A stretch of DNA of 64,000 nucleotides from the human T2T-CHM13v2.0 reference genome, Homo sapiens: assembly GCF_009914755.1 (NCBI RefSeq), contig NC_060933.1; one strand, written 5' to 3'. Shown here piece by piece: positions 1-15,080 of the stretch (positions within the stretch are counted from its first letter, which is position 1; each line of letters opens with the position of its first letter). Made by a program: the position numbers and the translations under genes. The notes under the pieces are model-generated. The model was not told where the DNA came from. It did not search any database and worked only from the letters and a program-made list of their open reading frames with translations.

Positions 1-700
1 AATTACAATAAATGTTAGGAAGGAAATAAACAATGGGCTGAGAACTTGAACCACAGAGAAGCACCTGCTTTGGGTAGAGTGGCCAGGGAGAATCATCATG
101 GGCAAGGGGGAGGCATGTGCATGCACTTGGGGAATTGAAAGGAGGCTGGTGAGCAAGAGGAAGCATAGCATCAGATAAGCATGGAGAGCTAGGCAGGCAA
201 CAGACCACACGGGGTCTTATAGGGCAAGATCAGAAGTCTAGATTTTATTCTAATGCCATAAGAAGACATTAAAGGGTTTTACACAAGGCCTAACCTGAAC
301 TGATTTCTTTTTTAAGACCATTATTGCCTTGTGGAGAATGGGAGCAGGAAGATCAAGTAGGAGGATGTTATATTAGTCTAGGCAAGAGATATTGGTGACT
401 GGGCTGAGGTGTAGCAATTAGGATGGAGAACAAAAGATGGTTTTGAGAAATCAGCAAGATTTGGGAGAGGGCATACTAAGGAGAAAGAGAGAGAAATCAA
501 GAATGACTGATTTTTGTAAATGAAGTTTACTGACTTGAGTAAAAATGGGAATGAAGTGACATTGAATGAGATGGGAAAGTTTGCAGGGGCAGAAATAAAG
601 AGGTGTTTGAGTTTTGTTTAGGACCTATCTCTAATATGTTTTTGAGGATTCTAAAGGGAGCTGTCAGTTGGCTATATAAGTTCAAAGCTAGGGAAATCTG
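1..700 (-). mobile_element. L2 LINE fragment
   Basis: Purine-rich L2-type text (gattttattctaatg...gaagacattaaagggtttt...aatcaagaatgact). Confidence 0.7.
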
Positions 701-893
701 GATGCAGCTAAAATTATATTTGAGATAAGCACACCTTCCATCAATATGTTGGCTGTAATTTTAAAAAGCATTTGGAGTATACTTGAAAATACTGAAACTC
801 TCTATCTGTAGTACATACCTTCTGTTCATCAGTGACTAATTTTAGGGTACACAACAGTTGTGCAAAAGAATGAAGTCCTCTTAGTTGCACTTC

Positions 894-1652
894 TTATCAA
901 AATCCCAATGGTATTGTTTTATAGAAATAGAAAAAAATTAAATTCATATGGAACCACAAAGGAGCCCAAATAGCCAAAGCAATCTTGAGAAAGAAGAGCA
1001 AAGTTGAAGGCATCACACTTCCTAACTTCAAAATATATTACAAGCCACAGTAAACAAAAGAGTATGGCACTCTCATAAAAATAGACATATAGGCCAATAA
1101 AATAGAATAGAGGCCCCAGAAATGAACCCATACATATACAATCAATTGATCTTCAACGGGAGTGCTAAGAATACACAATAGGGAAAGATAGTACCTTCAA
1201 CAAAGGGTGTTGGGAAAACTGGATATCCATATGTGAAAGAATGAAACTGGACTTTTATATCAGACGCAAAACCAACTCAAGATGGATGAATGACTTAAAA
1301 ATAATACCTGAAACTGTGAAACTCCTAGGAGAAAAGCTAGGGGAAAGGCTTCATGACATTGGTTTTGGCAGCAATTTCCTGGATATGACACCAAAATCAC
1401 AGGCAACAAGAGCAAAAGTGGACAGATAGGACTAGGACAATATCAAACTCAAGAGCAAAGGAAATGATCAACAGAATGAAAAGGCAACTCATGGAATGAG
1501 AGAAAATATTAACAAACTATACATCTGAAAAGGGGTTAATATTCAAAATATATAGGGAACCCCTACAACCCAATAGCAAAAGAAAAAATAAGGAGCCTGA
1601 TTGAAAAATAGGCAAAGGACTTAAATAGATATTTTTCCAAAGAAAACATACA
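894..1652 (+). mobile_element. L1 (L1M/L1MB-type) ORF2 3' fragment
   Basis: atcaaaatcccaatgg...ttcatatggaacc...aaagcaatcttgag...tgttgggaaaactggatatcc; ORF 1241-1429 resembles degenerate L1 ORF2. Confidence 0.9.
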
Positions 1653-3939
1653 TGAGCCTGGCCTTCCCATATCAGGTTCCTTAGAGAAACTGAAAATAGT
1701 GATGGTGAAGGGGCTGGTGGAGATACCTGTGGGCAGCAGGTGCCCAGTTTGGGCCAGTGAGTGAGGAGAAGCCTCACACACAGCATGTGGTATGTGGCTA
1801 CCATTTTTTCTCTTGCTTAGGCCCTGCAAATGTTGGGGGTAGACCTTGCCTTTCGAATGCAATAGTCCTTGAGGTTTGTACCATGCTTTTCATCCAGCAT
1901 CTAGACAGGGCCTGCACATGCACAGGTGTTTGTTAAATGGATGAGTAATCCAGTTTTCCTTGTTTTCTGTGGCATGGGGAAGAAACATGGGTTGCTTGAA
2001 GTACCTTGGGTTCAACAGACCTCACCATTTCCTTCTTACTGATGTAAGAAGGCCTTGAAGACCCATCCCAGTCAGTCATCCATGGATAGCATCTATGTCA
2101 AGAGGATGTCGGGCCTTTATGTGTGATTCTATAGTTAGTGCAGTGCACAATGGGGCTCCACTGAAGGGTAGATGGAGGCTGATTTCCAACCTGTTCTCAG
2201 CTGCCACGCTCTGTATCTGCTGTTGAAAAGGGGCCTTTTTCTTTGCAGGGTTAAGTCTGCCCAGAGGTGGTATCTTTTTCTCATTTTTCTGCAAGGGCAT
2301 AGGCATTTGCTAAATCAGAAAGGTTGCCTTTTTGTCATTCAAACAAAGGTGTCCTAGGCTTCCCAAGGTCATATTTGGGTACCCTTGCTCCAAATTCTCC
2401 ATGACTGTTAAGTTCTTGAGGAACTTGAGCTGTAAGCACTCCAAGTGTTGGAATACTTTGAGCAGTTGTCTCCCTGTGCTTGCATCTCTTCTCCCCCTCA
2501 TATAGAAATCCCAGATAGGAAAAGTGTCGATCCAAGTTGCAGGCTTCCATGTCCATTCCTAGGGCTCTCAGGCCTCGCTGAGTCAGCACCTGCTACTACC
2601 ACACAGGTGGATTGGTCCATAGATATTTTAACCCATTGCTCTGTTCCCAGATGCCCCTGCCTTCCTTCTGATAAGGCAAATTTAATTTGTGTGTGTGAGG
2701 AGGGGATGGAGAGGGTGCTTTGCTTGAGCCAGGATATAGTCCTTTATATTCTGCTGAAAATTCTCAAAGGAGGGCTATCCAAGGGAAAATAACAAGCCCG
2801 GGCATGAGAGAACTTAGAATTCCAGGGATACTTAGCGGTATTAACACTAGGAAAAGGGCACATTTTTTTTTTCATATTGGATTGCTAATAATCACAACAA
2901 TGCTAAATACTTCCTGGATTTCTTTCAGTTGGGCTGAATTTAAGAAGTATAGGTTTATGCTGTTCCTTGATGCTGAGAAAAGAGGGTACATGTAATACTG
3001 AGACATCCGCACAGTGGTGGGTGTTGAGGCACCCTGCCAGGTGGGAGAGATTTGAAATATATTCCAAGACTAAAGATTTGGGATTTTTTTCGTACTTTCA
3101 AAACCACAGGGATTGACAGAGTTTAATAATAAGATTACAGAGTTACTCCTGTGAATATAATATACCACTTGAAAGAAGTACATTTGGTCAGGCTGGACGG
3201 AATCTCATCAAAGAGATAAGGGAAAGTCCGGAAGACACACCTGAGTATGGTTTGAAGCCAAAGAACAGCATGCTCCAAAACAAGCCCAATCTCAGGTTAA
3301 GAAGCCTTCATCATTTAGAGTGGCCACCACACGGACTCTCCTTGTTTTGTCTTTTGACTGTTAGGTTGAGTTCTGATGGAATGAATGATGGGGGTTTGCC
3401 CCAGCATATTAGCAGCGCATTTCGGCCCTTGTGCCAGTCTGGAAACAGGCGATAGAGAGTGAAGTCAGTGTGTTACCATCACAGAAAACAGCTTAGAAAA
3501 AGATACCCCACCAGATAAATAATGGGCATCTCTGGATGAGAAGATTGATGGCTCCTTTTATTTTCTTTGTGATTTTCTGTCTCTTTCTCATATTTCTAAA
3601 ATAGATATGAGTTGCATTTATAATGATTTTTAAAGTTATTCCAAAAGAGAAACTATTCAAAGAAACTGAAACTTTATGGAATGAACCTGGAATAGCAAGA
3701 AAAGATATCTTATGGAAGTATTCGAAATACTAAATTGATAGCCATCCTTAGTTTTTCATGTCAGTTTGATGCTTGAACATTCCTTGATTATCCAGTGCTA
3801 AAAGGAGGAAGAAAACATTTATGAAGCATCTACTTAATGTGTAAGGACTTAAAAAATGAGACATCCTTTCTGAACTCAAGGTAGCTTATCTAAGAACAAC
3901 AGAAATACGCATATATGCATTAAACTTTCCATTTTTGTG

Positions 3940-5050
3940 TCTATTCATGTGCCAGGCACTGTGATGGATAGAAAATGGATGGATGGATGGATGGATGGAT
4001 GGATAGACAGAGGTTATTGCCCTCAAGGGGCCAATAGTGTACTAGAAAGAGAAGAAATTTAAACTGAGGATTACAATATAGTCAGTAAGTGTCACAATAG
4101 AGTTAGTCCCAGAGCACGTGAGTACAGAGAAGAAACGCTGCCCTTTGCCTCAGGAGGGGTAGGAGAGGATTCATACGAGGAAGTCATGCCTGAGCTGCAT
4201 CTTGGAGGACAAAGAGCACTCAGCCTGAGAGTGAAGGGGATGTGCCAGGCATTGAAGTGTGTGCAAAGGTAAGATGCAAAGAGAACCACGCATTCTGAGA
4301 GCTGACAGTCATCCCATGTGGCTGCAGTTGTGTTGGGGTGAGCTGGGAGGAGATATGAGAGTCGTGAGAGGTCATACGCTGTGCCAAAACCTCTGAGGTT
4401 TGCCCTGAAGCAGTGGGAAGCCCTTGCAGGATTTTAAAGAAGGAGAGTGGTTAGACAGATTTGCATATAGAAAAGTCCCTTTAGCAATGTTGTTCACCAA
4501 CAAGGCAGACTAATTAGGAGGCTAGGGCAGCAATCTGTGTTAGAAATGATGAGATCTCAATTAAGTTTGTATAAGGGAAAATGCAGAGAAAGACTCAGAG
4601 TCAAGGAACATCAAGGAGATTGATTGGAAAGAGCTTAATTGATAGGTTGTGGGGAGGATGTATTGAGGAGGAATTGGGATGGCCCCTTGATTTCAGGCTT
4701 GGACAACTGGGTGCTAATGGTGGCATTCTTTGAGCTGGATGGGATACGATAAACTGCAATTGAAGCATTTTAAATTTATAGTGCCTGCGAGATACTATAG
4801 AAACCCTAAAAGCAGCTGGGAATATAAATCTTGAGCTCAAGAAAGTCTGGGCTCAAAGAGTTATTTGGGAGTCATCACAAGTAGGTTGCAGTTAAACCCA
4901 TTGGTGATGGAAGAGATTATTCAGAAGCAGTGAGAAGAAAAGAATTCGGAAGACCATGAGGAACAGGAACATTTAAGAAACAGTCAAAAAAGGTGGAAGC
5001 CTGCCAGAGAGCCCAAGAAAAAGTGTTCAGAGAAGTGGAGGAAAGCCAGG
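3940..5050 (-). mobile_element. L2 LINE fragment containing a (GGAT)n microsatellite
   Basis: tgtgccaggcactgtg start and typical L2 body. Confidence 0.7.
3976..4004. repeat. (GGAT)n tetranucleotide repeat
   Basis: About 7 copies of tgga/ggat. Confidence 0.9.
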
Positions 5051-6019
5051 CATACCAGGAAGGGAAAACCAGGCATATATGGAGGCCCTGCTCATGCTGT
5101 CTCCCAAGTTCATCATCCGTGGAAGAAAGGGCAAAGAGCAAATGCCAAGTGGCAGACATGCACTTCCCAACTGAGTTTGCCTCTAACAAGTCTCTCTGGA
5201 TGTAAATGTCTGTCGATACCTCACTGCTAGAATGTCTAGGAATACAAGTTTCTTGTTTGTTTAACTGGGAACATTACCTTCCTAAATAAAGCTATGATCC
5301 TGTTAATAAAGCACATGGGGAAAAGGGATTTGGGGTATTTGGGGTAGGCAAATGACAGTGTTGGCCACTTCAGGTAGCCAAGGGAAGAGGGACAGTCAGT
5401 GAAGGAGGACTGGTCATTCATCAGTTCAACACAGATTTGAGAGCCTGCTGTGTGCAAGGTATTCAGTGTCCGTGCTTCAGAGAAGTTGAGGAAGGTCATG
5501 AATGAAATGACTGCTTGGGTGAAGCAATGAGGAATCCACCTTTGAACTTGGGGTGGTTGTCCAGGAGGCCGGATTGCTGTGCCTCCATGAGCGTGTGGAG
5601 GGGTGGGGGTGAAGATGGAGAATGGACAACAGTCTTTTGAGGAGTTGACTTTGAGCATAAAGGGAGTGGGATGATGCCGCAGCCAGGAGGGAGCATCAAG
5701 GTGAAGAAGAGGTTTCAGGAGCCAGGAGGAAGGGTCTCAGGAAGGAGTTCACATGCTCATATTCTCAGGGTGAAGAGCCAGATGAGGGAAAGTAGTCGAT
5801 TCAGGAAAAAGAGTATCTGATAAAGCTCCAGACAGGTATGTGTTGTGGGGAGCGGAGAACATACCTTAGCTGTGCATCAGAGAGGGACAAAGATGGGTAT
5901 GGGCGTTCATAGTTTACAGGTGGGAAGGCAGGAAACAAAGGGCCCACCATTCCTCGGGGAGGCAGGGGGCAGGTAGCGGACTTAAGGAAATAAGCGAAGT
6001 CTTCAAATAGGCAGTATTA

Positions 6020-6470
6020 GCAGAGAGGTTAAGAGCCACTTTGGAACTGGACAGTCTGTGCATTCCCATCCTGGCTCCAACTGTATGACCTTGGGCAAGT
6101 TATTTATATATTTTATTCTTCTAGTTTTCAATTTTTTTTTTTTTTTTTTTGAGAGACAGGGTCTCACTCTGTCATTCAGGATGGAGCGCAGTGGCATGAT
6201 CATAGCTCACTGCAGCTTTGAACTCCTGAGTTCAAGTGATCCTCCAGCCTTGACCTCCCAAAGCACTGGAACTACAGGTGTGCACCACTTCACCCAGCTA
6301 GAGGCAAGTTATTTAACCTCTCTGTTGCCTTCGTTTTCCTCTGCAACCAAGCAATGAGGATAATAACAGAAACCTGTTACTTGGAGTTGTTGGAAGAATT
6401 AAATGAGTTAATTCATGTAGTACTTGTCTGAGTGCCTGGCACAAAGGAGTGTTTCATATGCATTGGCTGT
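6020..6470. mobile_element. MIR interrupted by an Alu monomer
   Basis: tgaccttgggcaagttattta...acctctctg...gaattaaatgag...gtgcctggcaca. Confidence 0.8.
6132..6300 (-). mobile_element. Alu monomer (FRAM/AluJ-like) with 13-bp TSD ggcaagttattta
   Basis: Poly-T followed by gagacagggtctcactctgtc; TSD at 6094-6106 and 6303-6315. Confidence 0.85.
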
Positions 6471-6959
6471 GATAATGATTATTTATAGGACAGAGAGCAC
6501 ATGCAGTCCAGGGTCACCTAAACGCCTAACTGGTCCAGAATGCAAGTGCGTTGACTGAGGGCTGTGAGGGCACAGCAGACGAAGCATTGCATTCTTCAAG
6601 GAAGTCCTCAGGGGGAGGCATTTGAGATTGGCACAGCCCTGGAGAGGCTAGCTCAAGTAGAACAAACACTGTTGGTGCAGGCAAGAGGCTGTCAGAGCAC
6701 CTGCCACATTTGCAGAGGAAGGAGCCCTCTGACACTTGAGAGGGAGCATGTGGGGCGCAGGGGGCCCTGTGTGTAGAGGCTCCTTCACCTCAAGGGTGGG
6801 AAGAATGGTGGAGGAGCGGCCAGAGATGAGGGTGAGCATCACACTTTGCAAGGCCTCGAATACCTGGAGTTTCTTCTGTAGCCACGAGAAGGTTGGGAGC
6901 AGGGCAATGAGGGTCCACTCTGTCCTGTGGTGCTCCTTCTGGTGAGAGTAGCTAAAAAT

Positions 6960-7200
6960 AGTCATCACAATGCTGAGTGCAGGGACTGCGTATGGTGTGC
7001 CAGGAACATTGGAGTGCTGTAAATCTTGGACATTACTAACGACTGCCCTGTGAGAGAGGTACTGTTATTTGTTTTATTTTTCAGATGAGGAAACTGAGGC
7101 ACACAGAGGTTAAGCCACTTGAGGATTCCATACAGCTGGTGTGCGGCAGAGTCAATAGTGAAGCTGGGCAGTGTTGTGACACCAGAGCCTCTTCCTGTGA
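6960..7200. mobile_element. MIR
   Basis: MIR core cagatgaggaaactgaggcacacagaggttaag. Confidence 0.8.
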
Positions 7201-7320
7201 CCACCGAGCTGTCATCACCTGTCACATTAGGGTGTGGCTCTCCAGAGGGGGTAGTGACAAGTGGAGATTGGAGCAATGACCTCTGCTAGGCTTATGGCAG
7301 CTTATTGATAAAACATTTTC

Positions 7321-7790
7321 TGTCTTAGTCAAGGAGAGTTTGGCTGTAAGGACTAGAAACTCCTGCAAAGAACTCAAGTGAATGCTGAATGGATTGTGAA
7401 GATACAGGGGCGCTCCCAGAACCCAGTTGCTTGCTAGGGAGTATGGCTAGACATTACACAGCTGGAGAGTTGTCAGGCTGTAGCAGTATCTCTGTCTGTC
7501 TGGAAACACAGGGCCTTCTCTGTGCATCTTTCCACAGTCTGATTAAATTGCAGCTTTCCTAGTTTCACTCTCCCAGGACCTTGGCTAGCCCTGACCCTAC
7601 CTGACCTGAAAAGTCACTTGACTCACTCAGTCCCTGTGTTGTAGATAAAGTTCTTGCTTTGGATAATCTGCTGGTTTAGCCTAGTTCAAGTGTCCCTCCT
7701 TGGTTCCTTCTGCAGCTGGGATAAAGGTGGCACAGGTTATGACCAGGCAGGGAGAAAGCTGCTCTGAGAACTCCATGATCTTCAGTGGTT
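7321..7790 (-). mobile_element. Old MaLR LTR (MLT1-like)
   Basis: tgtcttagtca...tttggctgtaag...agaaact terminus; family uncertain. Confidence 0.45.
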
Positions 7791-9459
7791 AGTGAAGCTT
7801 GCACGCCTTGCCATCTTGACTTAACTGCTAACCCTGCACTCCTCAGTCCCTGGCTTTGCTCAGGTTCTGACAGTGTTTTTGTTGTAAACATCTTGTGGGG
7901 CTCCTTCCTTTCAGCCTGCAGCTCTGCCCTGGTCTTTCAGGTCTTCATCCTCATGACTATTGCAGCAGGTTCTAGAGTCACCCTTCAAATCTGGTTTTCG
8001 CTTCCCATTTTATCTCGCCTTCTTTTAAGCAATATTATTTTTACAATTTTTATTGGCCTCCTATTCAGAAGCCTTCAGCAGATGTTCCTTAATTTGTCAC
8101 ATTCATGGCTGTCTCCCAGGGCCATCTAGCCCGCCGCTAATCATCCTCTTCCCTTGAATTCCCATCGTATCAGCACAGGATAATTTTCTCTTACCAGACA
8201 TGCCATGGCCCTTCCCTTCTCCACGCCTGCTCCTTCCCTCCTGCTCTGACATCTCTCATCCATGACTTAAGAATGCTGACTGTAGACCCTGACTCTAGAC
8301 CACAGTCACCTCCCTCTCCTCTGAACTCCTTTTAGTTTTGATTTTCTAGGGAAATTGTTGGTTTGTTGAAAGCAGCTGCCTGCCCAGTGTGTCTTGAACC
8401 TGCACACAGCCAAGCACATGTCAAACACTTGGAAAATTTAATATTCAGTGATTAGTGGCTGATTTATTATCTCTTTTGGCCTTGGTTTTTTTTTTTTTTT
8501 TTGCTTTTTAATTTTTTATTACATATTAAAGAACATTCCATATAAGCTCTCTGACTGTGATGATTGAATACTTGTTAGAGGCAAAGCCAAGTAAAAGTAT
8601 TAACTCTAATCCTGTTAAAGACTTTCCCATTATTACATGTGCTTGAGTTTTGGCTTCTCTTTTGTGTGCCTTGAGAACAGGGACCATCTCATTCATCTTG
8701 TATACCTCAAAGTACCTCACATAAAGACATCCGGGAATACATGTTTGAGTAAATGAATACCCTCCTCATTGAAGAATAGATCTTAAGTGGTCATTTCATG
8801 ACTGCTTCTATCTAGGCATTTACATTTGTGCCTAGTTTGAAACCACTTTCATTGCTTGTTACGAATTAAGCTTATTCACCCAAACTACAGAAAGGCTTTT
8901 AAAAATTTTTTCCTTTGGACAAAATTTGTCTCCTGCTCAGTCCTTTTCTGCCCATAACAGCATTGGCCATCCCCTGCAATGATTGTATTTATTTAACAGT
9001 TCTTCCTGCTTCCCTGCTATGGCCTTTCAGACTTCCCCACAGGCACAGAGCCCCCAGACACCTGGCAGGGTAACTATCAGCTGTTCTTTGTATTTGGGGC
9101 ATATAGGGGATCTGTGTGGCTTTGGTTTCTCAATAGAAAATGACATAAACGCAGAAATACTTTGCAGGCTGCTACAGGAACAAAGGCAAACAGACTTGTT
9201 TGTTTGTTTCTGAGACCAAACATTTTTCTGCCAATCAAAACTGGTTTTATTTGCATATAGTGTATAATAAATTGTTGTAATAATTGAATAATTCCCAAGG
9301 CATGTACTCTTAGGAAAAAAAGAGGAAAATAGCTTAGAAATAAAATGTGGACAAAAAGCATAAGCTGGTGAATGAAAAATGAGAAATATTGCCATGTAGT
9401 AAAGATATAATATTGTGAAGTCTACCCAGTATCAAATGTATGGTAAAAACTAGGGAAGA

Positions 9460-9814
<355 letters not shown>

Positions 9815-12800
9815 TTATTTGTGATTATCCCAGATGTGACTGGGAAGAGATAGAAAAGTAACAGTGTTAGTTAAATCTCCATGGATTCTTTGCCTCCATG
9901 CCAAATATCATGACTATCTAACTAATTACCCCCCCCGACTCCCAGCTTCCCCACCACCCCGACACTATCACCAGATACACACAGATACATACTATGTCTT
10001 TGTATATGTAAAATGAAAATCATTGCAGGACATCATGCAGTAGCAGTGTTTTTCATGAAAGGCTGTGAGTTACATTGGTCTGAAAGCAACACATCCGTCA
10101 TGGCTGTTTTCACTGGCGACTTTCTTCTGTCTAATGTTTGCAATGAAGGCTTGGCTTGAAAAGGCTTATGAATTCTTTTAGCACAACCTTTGTTGGGAAA
10201 ATGAATTACAAGTGGTTCATTTGATGCTGATCCTTTTGTCATTGCCATTTATAGCTATTCTGTTTATTCACTTTGGGAGAGCCATTCTGAGAATTGATGA
10301 ATGTGTTTTATGAGAGAATATAAGAGCCCTGCAATTTGTTTTGATTGGTCTCCATTTGGATTCATAGCGAGCAGGTGCCATCGTTTGGAATTGGTTTTGG
10401 CAGTGGCTTGGTTATATAAATATTAGATACATGAAGTGAAACCTCATTTAAATTATTTTCATCAGTAAGAATAGGAGAGCTTTACATTGAATGTAAGACA
10501 CCATAGTTCTATTTTTACAGCTTCTAAGCATACAAATGTGTAACATACCATATGTCTGAACATATGTATGTAGAAGTGGCCTCCATTGTACAAATATTTA
10601 ACATACAGATTTTCTGCATTTCTTTGAGAGTTTATGCAAATATTCTTTAAAAAACTCTAAGCCTATAGTTTCTTAATATAAGAATTTTTTCTGGTCTGAA
10701 AAATACAGGCATTTCTGCTTTGGAAACTATGTTAAGGATTGTTTCAGTTTGGTGTTTTTTTTGTTGTTTAAGCCTCAGAAAATAACCCAGCACATTTTAA
10801 ACCTTTGCTTTCTCCTGCTTTTTGTTGTTGTTGTTGTTACTGTTGTTTTTGTTGCCAAACCCACATTAAAAAAAATACCACGCCTCTTTGTAAGGGCTCT
10901 AGAAGAAGAACTATAATACTTCCTATCTTCCCAGCAAAACTGTTTACCAGGCTGACGTTTTCCTAAGAATAGCTCCCTAGGTTTTCATGAATCCATATAA
11001 ATTTCCACACATTTGTTTTTTATTCTGGCACAAAATTTAAGAGGGACTTACGATCATAGGTGGAAGGAGCAATGAGGAAGTCTGTTGGTAACCCTTTAGG
11101 TAACATCCTAAACCTCGGGCTACTTGCGGGCAAATTGTTAAAATGCAGGACTCATGATCTCTGAGTACACCCATGAAAATTTAAATACCCTTCACGGTGC
11201 TGGGTCTTTTTGTAAGCAAGCCAACACGGTGCCCAGACTCTTTTCCACCCTCTAGCTCTCAACCTTATGTCCCCAGCAAACGGCTCTAAGTCCAATTTCA
11301 GTGTTCTTCATAAGTGAAGCTTTCCATGAGCCCCACAGGCTGACTTATGCAGTTCCTCCTCCAAAAACCCAGAGTAAAGGACATGCCACATTGTAAATTG
11401 TAGCCACTGCAATGCCTGTCTCTCCTGCTAATAGGATTCCTTTGAAGACGAGTACCTGTCCTTGTCATTATGGCCCCGGGCCTAGCTTACTGCCTGACAT
11501 GTTATGCTCCATAAATGTTCATTGAATGAATGAAAGAGTGAATTTATTTGGTGTTAGGTAATAAAAATGAATTCAAAAGAGCATAAATAAAACAAAAATG
11601 ATTGACTTTAACATGCAGGTGTGACCAAGGCCCAAATTATCTTCCAATTGCTTTGTCTTTCGGGAAATGCACTAGGAAATGTTAACATACACAGCCTGAA
11701 TGGCATGAAAATATTTGAATATGGCTATCCTATTGGAAGCCCAATTCCCATAGGGCAAGTTGCACTCATAATGACCAAATAATCAATGAGTCCTCTCCTC
11801 ATTCCAAAGAGGATTTGAAGTGAGGCCCTACCTAAGAAACTTGGCAGAGACACCAAAACAAAAGCACTATCTAATGGAGTTAGCGCAATTCATAATCGAA
11901 GAGAAGTGGACAGCAGCAGAGATGGACATGAAACCCAGGCCTTCGGAGGCCTATCCCAGCGTTCTTCCAATTCATTCTTGTTGCTTCACTTTATCAGTGT
12001 TTAATAAAGTGTTTGTTTTTATGGGAAGATGAGTAAGGACTCGTGGCTAGTGTCCCTTAACCTCTTGTGTCTACAGATTGGCCTACTTAGTTAAGTGATT
12101 AGGTAATTAGCAATTCTCCCACTTATTTGGCCATGTATGAGAAGCAAACTCATCTGTGGCAAATTAAAAATACTGAGTTTTATGGCCCTAGTTGGGGAAT
12201 TAGAGGTTGAAAGGGTTGCTTCTGACTCACATATGGCCCCCAGGCACAATATATCTAAAACTTTCGGTAACTATAGAGTTTTAAAAAGCTCCTCTACCAC
12301 CTTTTCAATTAAGACATGCCCTCTGGGTTGAGGCTTACTGATGTAGAACAAGTTTTATAGGAAAAAATTATGTAAATTAATATAATTGGCTAACCTTTTG
12401 ATTGCATTTACAAATTGAAAAATGCGGTGCAATATTGATTAGACAATCTTCTCATTGTTTTTAAGTAGGAGAGAACAAGTAAAAGAGAGAGGTGTATGGT
12501 GGAAAGAGCATTAGTTTTGAAGTCAGACAACCCTGGATCAAATCTCAGCCCTACCACTTGACTGGACTCCAGGAAAATCATCCCAAGTCACAACCTCGCT
12601 CCTCTCCTTCCTCCTAGACTTAATGCAGGGGCTGCAGTAGACCCTGACTACTTGGTAGTGATCTATTTAAGCTCTTAACGGATTCCCAGAGCTATAACAA
12701 TAGAAACGTGTGTACCAGTTCCTAGCCTACCTCCCAATCCACATTTCCATTGAGAATCATGTTTCTCAGGCTTATTCCCCTACTGCTTTCCCACTTTCAT

Positions 12801-12839
12801 TATACTTTCTGTTTTGTTTTATGGCCCATCATTGGGTCG

Positions 12840-13355
12840 TTTGTCCTTAGAGCCATTCCTTACTCTTCCTGTGTTCTGTATCACAGGGAAGTCATCCCAT
12901 ATAGGATGCATTTCTCAGGCTTCCTATGGGCTCAGATGCTTTTCATGAGGTTGGTCTCTGGGAGCCATAGACAGGGATTGGCGGGTAGAAGGTAGATGAG
13001 AAAAACCAGGATGTTCTCCCCCAACCTGTGTGTCTTAGGTGGCATCTCCAATAGTGACTGTCTTCTCCATGCTTCTAAACATACCCCTCCTACTGCAGTT
13101 CCAACTTCTGCCAGTCAACCCCCGTCCTGATGTTCTGACCCCAGCTGACCTCTGCTTTTGAGGTCTGTTAACACCACCTTCTCTTGTGCCTGCAGCCCTA
13201 AAAGCAATAGTGGCATCATGTTGATTGTGATCTGTTTCATCACCATCTCTTGCTTAGCTTTTCAGTTCACCCATCACTTTTATAACCAATCCCATGTATT
13301 AAATATCCCCTCTTTAATATACCCAAAGTGGTTTCTGTTTTCCCTAATAGACCCT
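12840..13355 (+). mobile_element. ERVL LTR (LTR33-like)
   Basis: gggagccatagacagggattggcggg... and attaaat...tttctgttttcc 3' end. Confidence 0.55.
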
Positions 13356-13419
13356 GAAAGCAATCCTGAAGTGATAAACTCTCTTTATTGCCTTTTCTGG
13401 TCACAGTAGCTTAGATGAT

Positions 13420-13570
13420 CCCAAGCCTGTGAAGCGTGCTGAAAATACTGACTCCCTAGGTCTACCACGCAGAGGTAGTGATTCCCTGGTTTCAGTGTGT
13501 GGCCCCAGAAGCTGAATTTTCAAAAAGCTTCCCTGGTGGTTGTAATGCCCAGCACTGATTTAGAGAATGG
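13420..13570. mobile_element. MER5-type hAT-Charlie relic
   Basis: aaaatactgactccctagg...ggccccagaagctgaattt...tttagagaat. Confidence 0.55.
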
Positions 13571-15080
13571 CAAAGCCAGGCTGAGATGGAGGTGCGTGGG
13601 GTGGGAATGGATGGTTGCTAGGTTCATTCACCAACTAAGGGCGTCACTTTTACAAACCAGCCTCACAGCAAGAGAGCCCAGCTCAGCAAAATTAAAATGA
13701 CTGCATCCCATGGACTTTATAGGACAGTTACAAGTGTCAAAATAGCACATGTTAAATTGGGGAGTGCCAACGGATTCTTTGAAGAATAAATGAAATCACA
13801 TATGTGGCAGCATTTCACACATCGTAGTTGCTCAATACATGATCTTCCCTTCTCTCAAATTGAGTGAAAACATAGAACTATAGAAAGCTATGAAATAGTA
13901 TAAATTATTTATTCCTTAAGGTCACAGAATCCAGATACTAAATACCAGAAATAATAGATAAGTAACTACATAGTCAAAAAAAAGTCATTGTCTGGCACAT
14001 ATTATTGCTCACTGAGCTGGTGCTAAACAGTCCAATCATATGACACCATAGGTTAGCTCTCTTTCATATCAGAAATAATTTTTGAAAATAAGTTTTAACT
14101 AGGACTCTTGTGTCAGATTACATAGTAACATCTTCTAAGGAGACATGAACCTTGTGAGTATGTCCTTACTTGGCCATTGGAATTTCTGCATTCCAGGCTC
14201 TTGCCAGAGACTACAACTTTGAGTACTCCACTGTCCAATTCTTATCAAAAGACTGGTTAGGAGAAATAATATTCATGGAGGACTGCCTGAAAGATATGCA
14301 GCCTGTTCATTCCTCATTGAGATAACCTAAATTCTATTTGTGGTTTAAGTCAGGTTATCACATAGCTTCCTATTTGGATCTCCACGTATTTACTTCTTGT
14401 CAGTTTCTCTTTACTGGGGAAGATGAATGAAAAAAGGCACATCTATCATTATGGAATTTTGAACAATGTTAAAAGAGAAGACCCTCAGAGGTTTCCAGAC
14501 AGAGAAAACCAGCATGCTTCTAGCGCAGGGAGCATCAGACTAACATGAAACTACTCATCTACAAAGTGGGAAGTAAGCAGTAAGCAATACAGTATTTACA
14601 GAGAGATGGGACAAAAGACCTGTGAGCCAAGAATCCTGCATTGGCCAAGAGCTCTATTCCTACATAAGTGCAAAAGGAAGACATTTCTGGACATGGAGTT
14701 ACTCAGACTGGGCCATCTACATGCCACTTCTGAGAATTGAATCAGGACATAGGTGTCAAGGTAGGAGGAGATGAAGAGCCAAAGAGAGAGTGATGAGCAA
14801 TGAACGTTGCAAAACTTATGGTCAAGTCTAAATAAATGATCATAATGTGACTACGAAGTCCAAATTGTTCATTAAGATTTCTTAAAGTGGAAGAGACGTG
14901 TTGACTATGAGGAGATATTTAGTAGCTTAGAGTGGAGCAGGCAATGAAAGAGTAAAAATATTCCAAGTATCTCTACCTATGGACAAGAAAGAGAAAAGAG
15001 ATGTCATGGATTGGGTTCTCTGGAAGCAAGCACTGGCACACAGTTTTGGTTGCAAGATTCTTAGTAGGAATTAACACCCG

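Noticed and set aside
1241-1429. 62-aa ORF resembling L1 ORF2
   Set aside because: Fragment of a dead, frameshifted L1.
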